Shown piece by piece: positions 1 to 12,548 of a stretch of 64,000 bases of DNA. Every line of letters begins with the position of its first letter. Within the stretch, counting starts at the first letter, position 1. Position numbers and translations under genes: made by a program. The notes below the pieces were generated by a model. The model ran no database searches, had not been told where the DNA came from, and saw only the letters and a list, made by a program, of their open reading frames with translations. The stretch is from Octopus vulgaris (taxonomy: Eukaryota), in the NCBI GenBank assembly GCA_951406725.2, contig OX597820.1, forward strand, positions 84,072,001 to 84,136,000, given 5' to 3'.

Positions 1-104
1 ATAAATTCATTGTTTCTTGTGCTTATTGCCAGGTGGTTTGTAATGCTAGTCTCTTTAACTTATGCTGATATTGTTACTGTTGTTATTGTTGTTAGTTACT
101 TAGT

Positions 105-1075
105 TAATTTTCTGGCTCAAAAAGCAAAAAGCAAGGCCATGTAGGAGGACATGGAGTTATGTACAGGGTGGTGTTCATGTAAAGAGTTCAGGCCACTTGT
201 GGTCAAAGGATACTTTGAACCGAGCGGTCGTCGGCATCTTCACTATCTCGTCCGGCAGCTTATTCCACGGATCCGCAACACGGACGGAGAAAGCCCCTTT
301 CCTTCGATTGAGATGAAATCGTCGCAGATAGAGCTTTTCGGAGTGACCCCGCAGCCGTCGTTCTGGAGCAGGAGTGAAGAACAGCTCTTTCGAGATGTTA
401 CACTTTCCGCTTATGATGTTGTGAGCAAGAATGAGATCACCACTGCGTCGTCGTTTTTCTAGAGAATAAAGGTCGAGCGTCTTCAGCCTTTCTTCATAAG
501 AGAAATGCTGGAGACCAAGTACCATGCGGGTAGCCAGCTTCTGGACTCTTTCGAGATGATGTATGTCTTTGAGGAGATAAGGAGAAGAGGCTTGAATCCC
601 CTATTCCAATATGGGTCTCACCAGCGTGACATAGAGCGGTAGGAATATGGCTGTTGTGAGCATGCCGAATGACCGTCGAATCAAAAACAGAACTCCACGT
701 GCTTTGTTGGCAGCATGGATGCACTGGGCTGAAGGCGAAAAGGAAGAATCCACTTGATACCCAGGTCCTTTACCTGATCGGTCCTCTCCAGCAGCAGACG
801 ACCCGGCTCGAAATCAAGTTGAGTTGCAGGAGAAGAGCCAACAGGTAGATGACAGCACTTTGACACGTTGAGACACAGGTCCCATTCGTTAGACCATCTC
901 CAAATTTGGTGGAGGCATCGACGAAGATCCACTATATTAGCGCGAGGAGCGACCAGTTTGACATCATCGGCAAATAGAAGAGTATGTTACGTGAGGTCGT
1001 CGGGCAAGTCATTTATGAAGACTAAGAACAATAAGGGCCCAAGCACTGAACCTTGAGGCACGCCACCGCTCGCAC
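105..1075 (-). mobile_element. 5'-truncated CR1-like LINE; RT domain C-terminal half and 3' end, pseudogenised
   Basis: Minus strand from about 1070 reads [36 protein letters not shown] (RT motifs with an in-frame stop), then WSNEWDLCLNVSKC (ORF 681-932) and SYEERLKTLDLYSLEKRRRSGDLI...FSVRVADPWNKLP (ORF 175-525), typical of the CR1 ORF2 C-terminus. Frameshifts separate the segments. Confidence 0.9.
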
Positions 1076-1179
1076 ATGTTTTTGCTTTGTTCATGTAAGG
1101 TAGCAGTTATATAATTTTCCTATTTGCTAACCTATATTTAATTGTGTGAGTAACCTTTCTCCTGATGCTATTGTTGTTC

Positions 1180-1724
1180 AGTTGTATATTTAAGAGATGA
1201 GGAATTACGTACATTATTTGCATTATTTACAATTGACGGAAATTTCTCTTCGTCTCATTTGGTGTTAACACAATGTTTCGGTTGATATACCCTACAGGCT
1301 TCATTAGGTGACTTGGGGAAATTTCGAACCTGGGTTTTCATTCCTAAGGTATTTTTCGATGTTGTTGTTGTTGTTGTTGTTATTATTATCATTATAATCA
1401 TTATTATTATTATTCAGGTCACTGCCTGGAACCGAACTCGGAATCTTTGAGTTAGGTGCCCGCGCTCTCAACCACTACGCCACGGGCATATGACGTAGTT
1501 GTTAATAGCGTGGGCTACTAACCACAATATTCCGAGTTCGATTCCAGGAAGTTACCTGAACAACAGTAACAATAATAATAATAACAACATCGAAAAATAC
1601 CTTAGGAATGAGAACCCAGGTTCGAAATTTCCCCAAGACACCTGATGAAGGCTGGAGGGTATATCTGCCGAAACGTTGTGTTAACAGCAAACAAGATGAA
1701 GATCAATATCCGTCAACTGTAAAT
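1180..1724. mobile_element. Head-to-head inverted pair of a tRNA-derived SINE-like element with a Penelope-like tail
   Basis: 1225-1482 is the diverged reverse complement of 1491-1724. Each arm has a Pol III A-box-like motif (TGGCGTAGTGG / TGACGTAGTTG), a B-box (GAGTTCGATTCC), an (AAT/AAC)n linker and a tail containing CTGATGA...GAAAC. The left arm extends about 45 bp further. Confidence 0.85.
1637..1682 (+). ncRNA. Putative minimal type I hammerhead ribozyme (Penelope-type)
   Basis: GACAC-CTGATGA-AGGCTGGAGGGTATATCTGCC-GAAA-CG-TT-GTGTT. Core CUGAUGA and GAAA are intact, stem I is GACAC/GUGUU, stem II is closed by GGC/GCC, stem III is a loopless palindromic ACGU, and the cleavage triplet is GUU. 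The minus-strand copy (about 1267-1312) has a mutated core (CUAAUGA). Confidence 0.65.
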
Positions 1725-2661
1725 GCTGTTTTTTCTTCTAGTCTTTGTAAGATTAGTGTGTTTACTGATTATTTTCCCTTCCGTGTTGTTGCTCGTAGTT
1801 GTTTTGCAGTATTTTTGTATTTCTATTGCTACTAGCACATGAACAACATTAACGGTAACAATATAATGATGATTATGATTCTCCTGGTGATGAGAATGGC
1901 GACGATTTTCATAATGGTGGACACCATGCTGCTGTTGCTGCTTATGAAGATGATGATGATGTTGATGAAGATGATAGTGATGATGATGATGTTGATGATG
2001 GTGACGGTGGTGGTTGTGTTGGTGGATGTGTTGTTGTTAGTGGTGGTAGAGGTTATAGCAGTGGTAGTGGTGGTCATGGTGGCTGTAGTGATGGTGGTCA
2101 TATGTACTTTCTTTGCTAAAGGGACGGACATCTACGGAGGAAGTTGTAATGTCTACTTACAGTTTGCGCGAGATTTTACACAAACATTTCTTAAGTAAAG
2201 AAAAAAAAATTACAAAAACCATATTTAGAATATATAATACATGTGAATGATGTAATCCTCCTAAATAAGGCGGCCCTTCAACAGGGAACAATCAAGGTTT
2301 CACCTAGCCACCCTGTGGATAAGCTCTCGCTCAACAATATATATATTTCGATATTATACATCTAGAGAAGAATACTGGAATTTTTTGCCTTTCGACAAAA
2401 TAACAAGCTTTGCGATATGCAGAACAATGCACACCTGCACATATATAGAGACAGACATATATAGATATAAGTAAATATATATGTATATATATAACATCTA
2501 TACACATATATTATATATATTCAGACATATTCACACCAACATACAAACAGGCATGAATACATACACACACACACACATAGATACATGCATACGTATAATC
2601 ATGCATACATACATACATACATATATACATACATACATACATACATACATACATACATACA

Positions 2662-2692
<31 letters not shown>

Positions 2693-3060
2693 CTGTACGT
2701 GTTCTCAGTGTTGAATATCATTAACTATTATAGAAACATGACTCATACTTAAGTAAATAAATATTGAATATACATTAATCTTCAGATTTTTATATGCAGT
2801 ATATTCTATTATATTGCAGTTAACACTTTAGCATTCATGGTCGTCATTCTTTAAAAGAACAAACAATAATCATTAAATGAAATCAATAATTCGGATGCAG
2901 CACTGCTTGTTTGTTTAAGAACATGGCTTTCCAGCCACGTTGTTTTAGATTCCTTACCTCTGCGCGGCAATATGTGCACGCATCTCGGGTAGACGGAAAC
3001 TGAAGGATGAGAATCCTATCCTATATATACATAGATACATACATATACATATACATATAT

Positions 3061-3384
3061 TCCCAATGTGTGGCACCTTGTGGAAGTGTCTTCTACTATA
3101 CCGTCGGGCCGACCTTGTGAGTGGATTTGATAGACGGAACCCGAAAGAAGCCCGTCGTATATATGTATATATGTATGTGTGTGTAAACAGTTGTGAGTCT
3201 TTGTTTGTCCACCAACATCGCTTCACAACCGATGGTGGTATGTTTACGTCCCCGTAACATCGCGGTTGGGCCAAAGATACCGATAGAATAAGTACTAGGC
3301 TTCTAAAGGTTAAGTCCTGGGGTCGATTTGCTCGACTAAAGGCGGTGCTCCAGCATGGCCGCAGTCAAGTTACTGAAACTAAAG
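3061..3384 (+). mobile_element. SINE family B copy (tRNA-headed family with internal (TA)/(TG) microsatellite), head truncated
   Basis: Motifs CACCTTG-GAAGTGTCTTCTACTATA, GTGAGTGGATTTGATAGACGGAA and GCGGTGCTCCAGCATGGCCGCAGTC recur at 27143-27540, 45555-45945, 49620-49822 and 54520-54715. A degenerate second 3' half follows at about 3470-3675. Confidence 0.85.
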
Positions 3385-4899
3385 TGTATATATATATATA
3401 TATATATATATGTACGTATATATGTGTGGGAATGGGGGTGTCCATTTCTGTATGTATGTGAATGCTTGTGCCTTAGTCTTTGTGTTGTATTGCCCCCTAC
3501 TATAGCTTGGTTCGCGCCACCGTAACTTAATAGCTCGTCAACATAAGCCGATAGCATTAATAGTAGAGTAAAACAAAAATGATTACAGGGAAGTGCTTTG
3601 TTCTACTAAACTCTTCAAAGCGGTATTTCACCCCAGCCGCGTCCAATGACTAAAAGAATTAAAATGTAAAAGATAAGTAACCGTTTTAGCAAATTTCAGC
3701 AATTCAACCAATTTGTGTTTAATCCAAACGCCTGTTAGTGTTTTAATTTATCAAATTCTCATAACTAAAATTGCATTATAATCTAGCATATAAAAGTTGA
3801 TAACCTTGTAGCTTGAATACCAAATTATTATGAATAGCGATTAATTTTTCATGAGCTTTGATAATTGTTTAAGTAACATAGCAGATTTTTAATCTAGATA
3901 CATAAACATCGTATAACTAATGCGAAATCAACTTTATATATTTTAGTATATGGCTCTCCAAACAATCATAAATCTGATAATAAACCAATGAACAAATGCC
4001 ATAGTCACTAATATTACCTTGAAAGCCAACATGAGACAAATTTCATCACTAATGCTTGTTGCTATCGTTTGCCGGTGTCACTGTCACAATCGGTCTGAAA
4101 CACTATAATATACAGAAAGTACCACTATCCCCATCCACTATTATGAATAGCAAATACAAGGAATATTTGCAGTCGCTATCAACAGATTTTAAGACAGCGC
4201 ACGCCTCCACAACCGTCACCACTATGAAGACTACAACCAGCACACATCCTCACTACCGTCATTATACCCCAGCGTTCATTATTAACATCTCTTTCGTTAT
4301 CGTCACTTTTACATTGTGCATTTGGTGACAAAATCTTAAGTAACCTTTTTTTTAACGGTTTTAATGAATCATCTATTGTTGTCCTGGGCCAACGCTCCCA
4401 AATAATTTAGCAGATTAAATTAATCACGTTGCTTATTTTACTATTGATTTTATAAGAAAATATATAAATCTCTGTTATATAGTATCAGTACTATTTATAC
4501 AAAAATACGCAAGAATACACCCACTTAATTACACAGTGATCACGTACCTACTCTCTCACACTCGCTCCCTCTCCCTCTCTATTTTTTCTCTCTTTCACCC
4601 ATACATACTCTCATACATACAAACATAGTGATTCCTTTATCCTCACAGACGATTGCTGTCTCTTTGAACTTCCTCGTTGTCTATGGCGTTTCTGATCTTC
4701 CGTCTATGACCTCTCAGTTGAGTATTCAGTCCCGCTGCAGAGCTGCATGGCTTGAAGCAAAGAAAGTTGTAATTACCACTTGATTGATCGGATCACTCAG
4801 TGACATACGATTTTTGTGGAGACATATGTCTCTCAGGACCCGAAATCGACATGCAAGCCCTTTCACCCACTATACATTTCGAGTAACCAATCTGAGAGA

Positions 4900-5330
4900 A
4901 AGGACGTAGTATAGAGCTGATCGCTCATTGGAGTTAACAACGTTTAAACGCGCAGCCCTGGAAAGGAGTACACGGTTACATACTTCACACCGCCGACATT
5001 TCATGTTCTCATTGAGGCCCTGATTACAGTCCATCCGAATCAAGCACTTTAGGCTTTCGTGCATAATGCGACCCTCTTCAAATGTTTTACTCCCTGTCCT
5101 ATACGTTTTCCAAAGATATTTTTACATTGATTTGCAATTCTCTTAGTTGGCCTTTTAGGCAGACTTTTGTACGCTTATTGTGGCTTGTGCTAATGGCACT
5201 TTTAAGTGTACAGCTCCTCTTTGAACAGCTGCTTTGAAATACTATTATCTGCTACATTCACAACGTGGCACACCAGCACAAATCTTACTCAGACTTAATA
5301 ATTACTAAACGGAGACCAGTGATTGATGAG
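4900..5330 (-). mobile_element. Degenerate RTE-clade LINE, 3' end of ORF
   Basis: Minus-strand translation fragments SKQLFKEEL..., WKTYRTGSKTFEEGRI and CEVCNRVLLSRA match the RTE/BovB-like C-terminal pattern (PKQLFYGEL; WR...G...FE; CxxCxR...S). Multiple stops and frameshifts. Confidence 0.6.
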
Positions 5331-5637
5331 TGTTAGCGTAATTCGTGTTCAGAATTTATTCATCGTTATTTAATATATGAATATGAACCAACTGATATAC
5401 AAATGCGAGTATTAAATTTTAAGTACAAGTTACATAAATTTCTCGTTTAATTATTTGTAGATAATTACATTATATAATAGCTAGAACGATAATTGCATAA
5501 ATATCGAACGTTTGTGCTATTATATAATTTATAGAGAGATTATATGTGCGGATGTTGTAACTGAGAAAATTGATAAAGTTCTTTTAAATGTGTCTTACTA
5601 GAGTACATAAACCTGCAAACATGTTAAAATTGATATC

Positions 5638-5638
5638 C

Positions 5639-5727
<89 letters not shown>

Positions 5728-5742
5728 TTATCTATCTATCTG
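5638..5742. repeat. (ATCT)n tetranucleotide microsatellite
   Basis: Seen directly in the sequence. Confidence 0.95.
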
Positions 5743-5856
5743 ACTCTCTTTCTGTTTGCCTTTCAGTCCATTTGTCTCTGTCTTACAGCATGTTTCATTC
5801 TCTCAATGTATCTAATTATTTCTCCCTCCACTTATATATGTGTGTGTATATATACA

Positions 5857-7067
5857 CAGACATGCAGGAAGTAAATAGGCACCTTTAATTTTTAAAATCT
5901 TTTATTTAATGCTGAAACCGAAGAATTGAAACGTAATTGATAGGTAGGACTACACACTTAAGTATTTAGTTGACATTCCCATTGCAGTTTTTAATTCAGA
6001 AACTATTTTTGGCATTGAACTGATGAGCTTTGTGACTGTCTCTTGTGGGATTTCTGCCCACTTTTCACGCAGCAATCGAAAAATTTTAATTTTAGATTTA
6101 GGTTTCTCTCGTGAGAAATATGCTCAAAAGATTTTCAATTGGGTTCTTGAAAGGAGACTGGCTCGCCCAAGGAACTTTTTGATCCCATTTTCAGTCAGCC
6201 ATTTTTATTCCTTTTCGTTGTGTGGCATAGAGCCCCATCTACCGTGAATAAAATCTCATTTTTCGTTATGTTATCGTGTGAATACATGGGAAGTAGTCCT
6301 TGCTTAAGTATTTCGATGTATTTTTCAGAGTTAATAATTGCAACACATTCGATCAGCTCAGAACGGCCATTGCTGGTGATAGCTCCCCATAGCATGACAG
6401 AGATACCACCATGTTTCACAGTTGCTTGGAGTCCTTTCAAATCAACTTCTTGATTGGGAAGCCTCCAGACCAAAGCACGTCAACTGTCTGAAAATAATGC
6501 AAATCTGGATTCATCTGAGAAAATCACTCTATTCCAAAATGAACTGGATTTTTCTGACATCTCCTTAACCCATTTCTTTCTTTTCATGATGTCAATTGGT
6601 TGAGGGAGAGATTTTCTTCTAGCTGCTCGTCCATGATACACGTTCTTGGACTAACTTCTAGCCGTTTCGAACGGGGTTCGTTTTGCACAATTCTCTTCAA
6701 AGAGCAAAGCTTATTTTCCGAGGGCCCAGGTCGTTCGGGACGAGAATCTGTTCATTTTTTTCTTTTGCTTTTGAATTGCACTATAATTCTATTAACAGTA
6801 GTAAGAGGAGTTTGAAGATTTTCGGCAATTTTTCGCCGGCTTAGACCAGCCTCAGATTGCTCAACAATACGACCTCTTTGAAAATCTGATAGTTCTGCTG
6901 AATTTTTTGTACGTGGCATGGTTACTCTTCGCAAATGTTTAATATAATGGCACCTGGAATGAAATGGAATCATTACATTGTCAATTCCTCACCGCTGAAA
7001 ACATATTAACACGCTTAGATCAGAAATTTTGAAAATTAAATGTGTCTATTTACTTCCTGCATGTCTG
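5857..7067 (-). mobile_element. Near full-length Tc1-like DNA transposon (about 1.2 kb) with TIRs; transposase pseudogene
   Basis: TIRs of about 42 bp: CAGACATGCAGGAAGTAAATAGGCACCTTTAATTTTTAAAAT at 5857 and its near-perfect reverse complement ending at 7067. Transposase from ATG 6919: [19 protein letters not shown] (HTH), WNRVIFSDESRF, TVKHGGISVMLWGAI, DGALCH and a degenerate WASQSP.KNPIENL. Broken by frameshifts. Confidence 0.92.
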
Positions 7068-7152
7068 AGTGTGTATGTGTGTGTAAAATTTATATACATA
7101 ATTCTCAATGTATATTTATGCATATGTATATGCATGTATATATGTCCATGTA

Positions 7153-7204
<52 letters not shown>

Positions 7205-9228
7205 CGAGAGAGAAGAGAAAGACAGAGGGAGAGGTGCAAAACTCAAAATTCACACGGAAGATGTAGAACCGCAGAGTGTATTAGTTTTACGTTCAGAAAA
7301 ACTAGAGAGAAAAATATTAGCTTTCAAGTATTTTCTTTTCCTCAGAAAGAATAGATTGGGTGAAAAAGAATGGAGAGAAAGAACAAGCTCAGTTAGAAGA
7401 TCCCCGAATACTGGAATGACTGGAAGAGGAAGACGTTGCTAGAGACGTGAACAGCAACTGGGAAAACTCTGAGTGTTTACTCGAAGCGTGTGGGCTGCGA
7501 AGACAACTATGACTCTGGCATATGTGTGAGAGAGAGAGCAAACACGTGTGTGCATTCGAAGTTAATGCGTACCTGTACACAGTGTGTCATAATGCGTCCG
7601 TATTTCTATGAATGAGCGCATGTATGTGCCAATGTTTTCTGTTTATATGTGTGCTTGTAACGGTACCCAACATATGTTCGAGTGTGTGTGCGTATGTGTG
7701 TGTGCGTTCGCGCCTGTGTGCGTTTGTGCGAAGAATTATATAAATTAAAAGGGGTGGATAATTTGACCGTAAAAATACACGCGTGCGCGCGTACACACAC
7801 GCAGTGATAGACAGACACACACATGCATATATTAGTTTAAGCTGGTTTTATTCAGGATCAATTATGGTAATTAGAACTGATTATATATCTCATTCATTTT
7901 ATGCACAGTGAGCGCTAATACGTTCATTCACCCATAATAGGGAACAGGTACTTCTACTCCGGATCAATGTAAACCGAGAAAAAATATTGGGTTGGTGGTG
8001 ATTTCGCGCTCATGAAAACTCTGGGGCTCCTGAGTCAGAGCCCCAGTACTGGTTCAAGTTTAAACTCATACTCAGCACACATGAAAGACCGGTCCCATCA
8101 AAATATAGCCCTCCCCTCTGTTGCAATTAATTTCAAGAAATTGCACACATTTTAATACGAAAGGCTTTACAGTTGCCTTTTAACTCGTACAATGGTTCAG
8201 AAAATAACCGACAATGATAGAAGTGCAAGAATGGGTGTACGTGAGCACGTCATTTGCTCAATGCAATAATGCGAATCATTATAAGGTGTTTATTCCGCCA
8301 GGAATTTACCTTTCATGTTGAGAAATTGCTACCAAACATTTCACTACTACGCTCTATCACTGAGTTACGGTTTCCGTAAGCTACACAACAATTTTATGGT
8401 CATTATAATTTTCTATCCAATTTACTAAAGGATCACCAACACGGCCACAAGCTCACTCTCGCAACTATTTCCTATGAAGCTAATATTTGCCAAGTCTTTC
8501 GGGTATGCAGGCGATTTTTAATCCTTGATTAATGGACGAGTAGTCCAGCAAATAAAAATATCAATTGCTGGATAAATGAGATTCATCAAGGTGAAAAAAA
8601 TACCTTTTTCGAAAATGATGTGGTTTATATTTGTACCAGATAAAAGTGTTACAAAGAACAAACTCAAATAGAATCTATGATTGTTTTTCCATTCATACAG
8701 ACAATGGGGTTTGAAACCAGTATGATTATTAAATTTGTTCGGGTTAAAACCTTTAGATAATCACTTATTCTTTTATTAGTTTCAGTGATCTTGACTGCGG
8801 CCAGGCTACAGCAACACCTTTAGTATTATATAAAAAAACTTGTAATACTATTTTCACTATTCATTTATTGTCAATTCTTTATAAATTCAATCAATAATCG
8901 ACAGCTTAATATTTTCCATTGCCCCGTTATCAAGAAGCAAATGATCTCTATCTCTATGCGAATAAATGAAAAACCACAGCCCCATCGTCGTAAAAGCGAG
9001 AAGTAGAAACACCGATTAGCGATTCATCAAAACTCAGCTTAGAAAATATAATGAGTTTTTTTTTTCCATTCTACCTCGCTGTAATTGAGTAATTTTTTTA
9101 GCTTAGCAGAATTTAATACCAATATAAATCTTGATCCTTCACGCATACATACTATATATGTGTATGTTTGTAGGTTAAAGATTCATGTGCATGTATGTAT
9201 ATATGAATATGTGTATGTATGTTACGCG

Positions 9229-9229
<1 letters not shown>

Positions 9230-9269
<40 letters not shown>

Positions 9270-9285
9270 GTATATATATATATAC

Positions 9286-9359
<74 letters not shown>

Positions 9360-9382
9360 GTATATACATATATATGTATATA
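9230..9382. repeat. (TA)n microsatellite (similar tracts near 17.7, 26.1, 27.2, 37.2, 37.7, 39.0, 43.1, 48.0, 48.4, 48.8, 53.0, 56.1 and 56.3 kb)
   Basis: Seen directly; these tracts explain the many YIYIYI ORFs. Confidence 0.95.
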
Positions 9383-9724
9383 TGCATGTAGATAACTATA
9401 TGAAATGTATATTAGATTTAAATAGATGCAGTCATGTACAGAACGAAGGTAGTACTTGGAAATATAATTTAGAAGGAAATATTCATGTTTTTATATTGCT
9501 TACTATAAACTATATTATCCAAATAATTGAATTTATATTTTGGTGCCTCTCTAAACATTTGTTTGTCGGAAAAGTGAAAAGTAAAGACGAATAGACCACG
9601 TTATCACACTACCTGTTTTATGCAGCGCTACACTCAAAGAAGTGTTTTGTTATTTCTACCATCCACAAATAGATGGCTTCAAACTGGGAATTAGAAGGCA
9701 AAACGTGGTAATTCAAATGATATT

Positions 9725-9888
<164 letters not shown>

Positions 9889-10226
9889 TAAACCTCTGCT
9901 GCGCTCTGAAGCTTTTCGACTTTATAAACAGTATTCACCCATACGTATGCACAAATGTATGTATGAATATAGTTATGTCTGTATGTATGCATGTTGGTGC
10001 ATGTATATGTGCATGTATGTATGTATGTATGTGTATATCTGCGTCTATGTATGTGTGTGTATGTATGTATGCTCAAATGGTAACTTGAGTAGTACCTGTA
10101 TTTGAAAGGGCTGTGATATCCTGGTATGTTAAATAGATGAATACAAATGAATCAAATTTTACTAGTGATACCAAAAATTTGCCTAATAATAATAATAATA
10201 ATAATGATAACGATGATGATGATGAT

Positions 10227-10304
<78 letters not shown>

Positions 10305-10305
<1 letters not shown>

Positions 10306-10858
10306 CCCTGATTCAGTGCCAGGCAGTGGCTCTCATGGCTTCTGATCTTAACTGATTGGAAGTGTTATCATGTACATTGTTTTGTCTTGGTATAAAAGAT
10401 GGGCTACAGCAAATATTCTGCTCAATACCACAGATTCGCTTGTCAGTTGTTTGACCTTAACCAGTTGAGCATGTCCCTTAGTGGCTGACGATATGTGCAT
10501 CTCTGATCACGAGCAGAAGTAGTGGGGGAGCATCATAGCCATGTGTTGAGAGGGATTCTTTGGGGTTTGAATAATTCACCTCTTGAAACATGGGTGTTTC
10601 GTTCAATATCCTTAAACAACCCTTATTCAGGGACCTTTCGAGTGGGATGGGTTACTCGACCTGACGAAAATTCTAACTGGGCTCAACCTGCAAGGTCATG
10701 TGCTGTTTATTTTGGTATGAGATCACCATGTCGCGCACATATGGTTGTGATGCATGTGCCTAGTGTACCCCTATCAGACGGGTAGTCATGATGGGTATAC
10801 TGGGCTTCGTATATTTTACCCCAGTGTCACATTGATGGCATGCACTGCTCTCTCACTC
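10305..10858 (+). mobile_element. Non-coding interspersed element (family D, about 550 bp) inserted in (AAT)n
   Basis: Flanked by (AAT)n on both sides. Homologous copies at 32509-32977 (same orientation) and 25652-25862 (reverse, truncated). No recognisable ORF. Confidence 0.8.
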
Positions 10859-10902
<44 letters not shown>

Positions 10903-11256
10903 TTCTCTATAAATTTGGCACAAGACCAGCAATTTTAGTAAGAGGAATTCCGTCGTTTACATTGACTATAGCACATGACTGGTTCTTTATTTGATCGTTT
11001 TCCAAAAGATGGAAGGCAAAGTAGACTTCGACATGTTTAGGACCCAAAACTAAAGATCGGGGAAAACGTCACTATGATTTTTTGCAGTGGTCTCATAATT
11101 GCGCCTATCGCCACATTAACATTTTGCTTTGTTATTGGCACAATGGCGATAGATGTTAGAATATTAGTGGAACCACGCAAGAAGATGATTTTTGTTAACA
11201 TGTAAGATAAAGAAATGAAAATGATGGATGTATTTCCTCTGTGTATGTAGATATAT

Positions 11257-11930
11257 CAAAACAGGAGAGTGGAAAAAAATAGTATGATTTATGCACCATT
11301 GCACGAGTTTCGTTTACTAGCAGGAGTTACAAAAATGTATATGTAGGTGAAACAATAATATGGACTTGGCATTTGATTCTCTGAAGGCGGCAAGCTGCGA
11401 GAATCGTTAGCACGCCGGGCGAAATGCCTAGTGGTATTTTGTTAGCCGCTGCGTTCTGAGTTCAAATTCCGCCGAGATCGACTTTGCCATTCATCCTTTC
11501 AGGGTCGATAAATTAAGCACCAGTGACGCACAGGGGTCGATGTAATCGACTTAATCTGTTCGTATGTCCTTGTTTGTCCCATCTGTGTTTAGCCCCTTGT
11601 GGGTAGTAAAGAAATAGGTATTTCGTCCGTCTTTACGTTCTGAATTCAAATTCAGCTGAGGCTAACTTTGCCTTTCATGTTTTCGAGAACAATAATTAGA
11701 GAACCAGTGAAACACTGGGGTCTGTGTAATCGACTTGTCCCCACTCCCAATTTTTTGGCCTTTTGCCTTTAGTAGATATGATATATATGATTCTCTATCT
11801 GCAAAATTTCAAACACGAGATATTTTACTTGCTTTTCCTAATATACAATTTTGTAACTCCTATTAGTACATGAAATACATGTAATGGTGATTAAATAATA
11901 CCAAAATATAATACCCAATCTCCTGTTTTG
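11257..11930. mobile_element. Degenerate MITE/fold-back-like element with about 100-bp inverted arms, interrupted by a SINE insertion
   Basis: 11257-11353 (CAAAACAGGAGA...CACCATT...AGGAGTTACAAAAATGTATA) is the diverged reverse complement of 11831-11930. Confidence 0.65.
11383..11787 (+). mobile_element. SINE family A, dimer-like copy with 9-bp target-site duplication
   Basis: Head AGGCGGCAAGCTG...GAGTTCAAATTCC (B-box-like) and central ACTTTGCC(T/A)TTCATCCTTTC(G/A)GGGTCGATAAA domain, with a second partial unit at 11619-11787. TGATTCTCT is duplicated at 11374-11382 and 11788-11796. Other copies near 10910-11110(-), 16406-16525, 16663-16840, 19697-19915(-), 27540-27650(-), 29176-29326(-), 29760-29962, 31300-31480(-) and 32990-33200(-). 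Confidence 0.85.
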
Positions 11931-12101
11931 TTATGTAATTATTCTGCAAAATACATTTTCATGTATTTTTAAACGGTTATCATTACCTCATAGGAATATA
12001 ACATCTACACACAATTTTGAAGTACTGGATGAAGCAGTTGTAATTCAAGAGGACATAGCTTGGCTTTAACCCTATCTTCATGCTGTATAGGTAAACATAC
12101 G

Positions 12102-12132
<31 letters not shown>

Positions 12133-12548
12133 AAAATACATACTTACATAGAAGTGAACAAACGAAAGAAAAGGGAACTCAACAGATTTAGTAGAAGTTA
12201 CATGTATTATTTGAAACCGTTTGATTCTGTTCTGTGCGACTTCAAGCTTCGTGAGAACCTAGCTGGGGCTCGTGTCTTTCAGGTTTTGGTTTGCCGGAAC
12301 CGAATCAAACTGTTTTATATAATAAATGTGTGTGTATGTGTGCGTGCGCGCGCATGGACGCGCGTGTACGTTTATGTTTGTATGTATTCGTGCATGCATT
12401 TATTCATACGTATGTAAACTACATATTCAAACTACTCACGTACACTATGGTACAAGGGCGAGAGGAAGAAAGACAGATAAGATCAAATAGATTCCTCAAT
12501 GATATGATATGAAGTTGATATGATCCGTAGTTGCCCTGTCGACGAAGG

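Noticed and set aside
1484-1560. tRNA-like sequence (also the heads at 25322, 48465 and 55917)
   Set aside because: A/B boxes are present but there is no complete cloverleaf with acceptor stem, and each continues into a repeat body. These are SINE heads, not tRNA genes.
7330-7525. Purine-rich unique stretch after acceptor-like TTTTCCTCAG, with TCAGTT
   Set aside because: Could be a non-coding exon or promoter, but there is no convincing donor or recognisable peptide.
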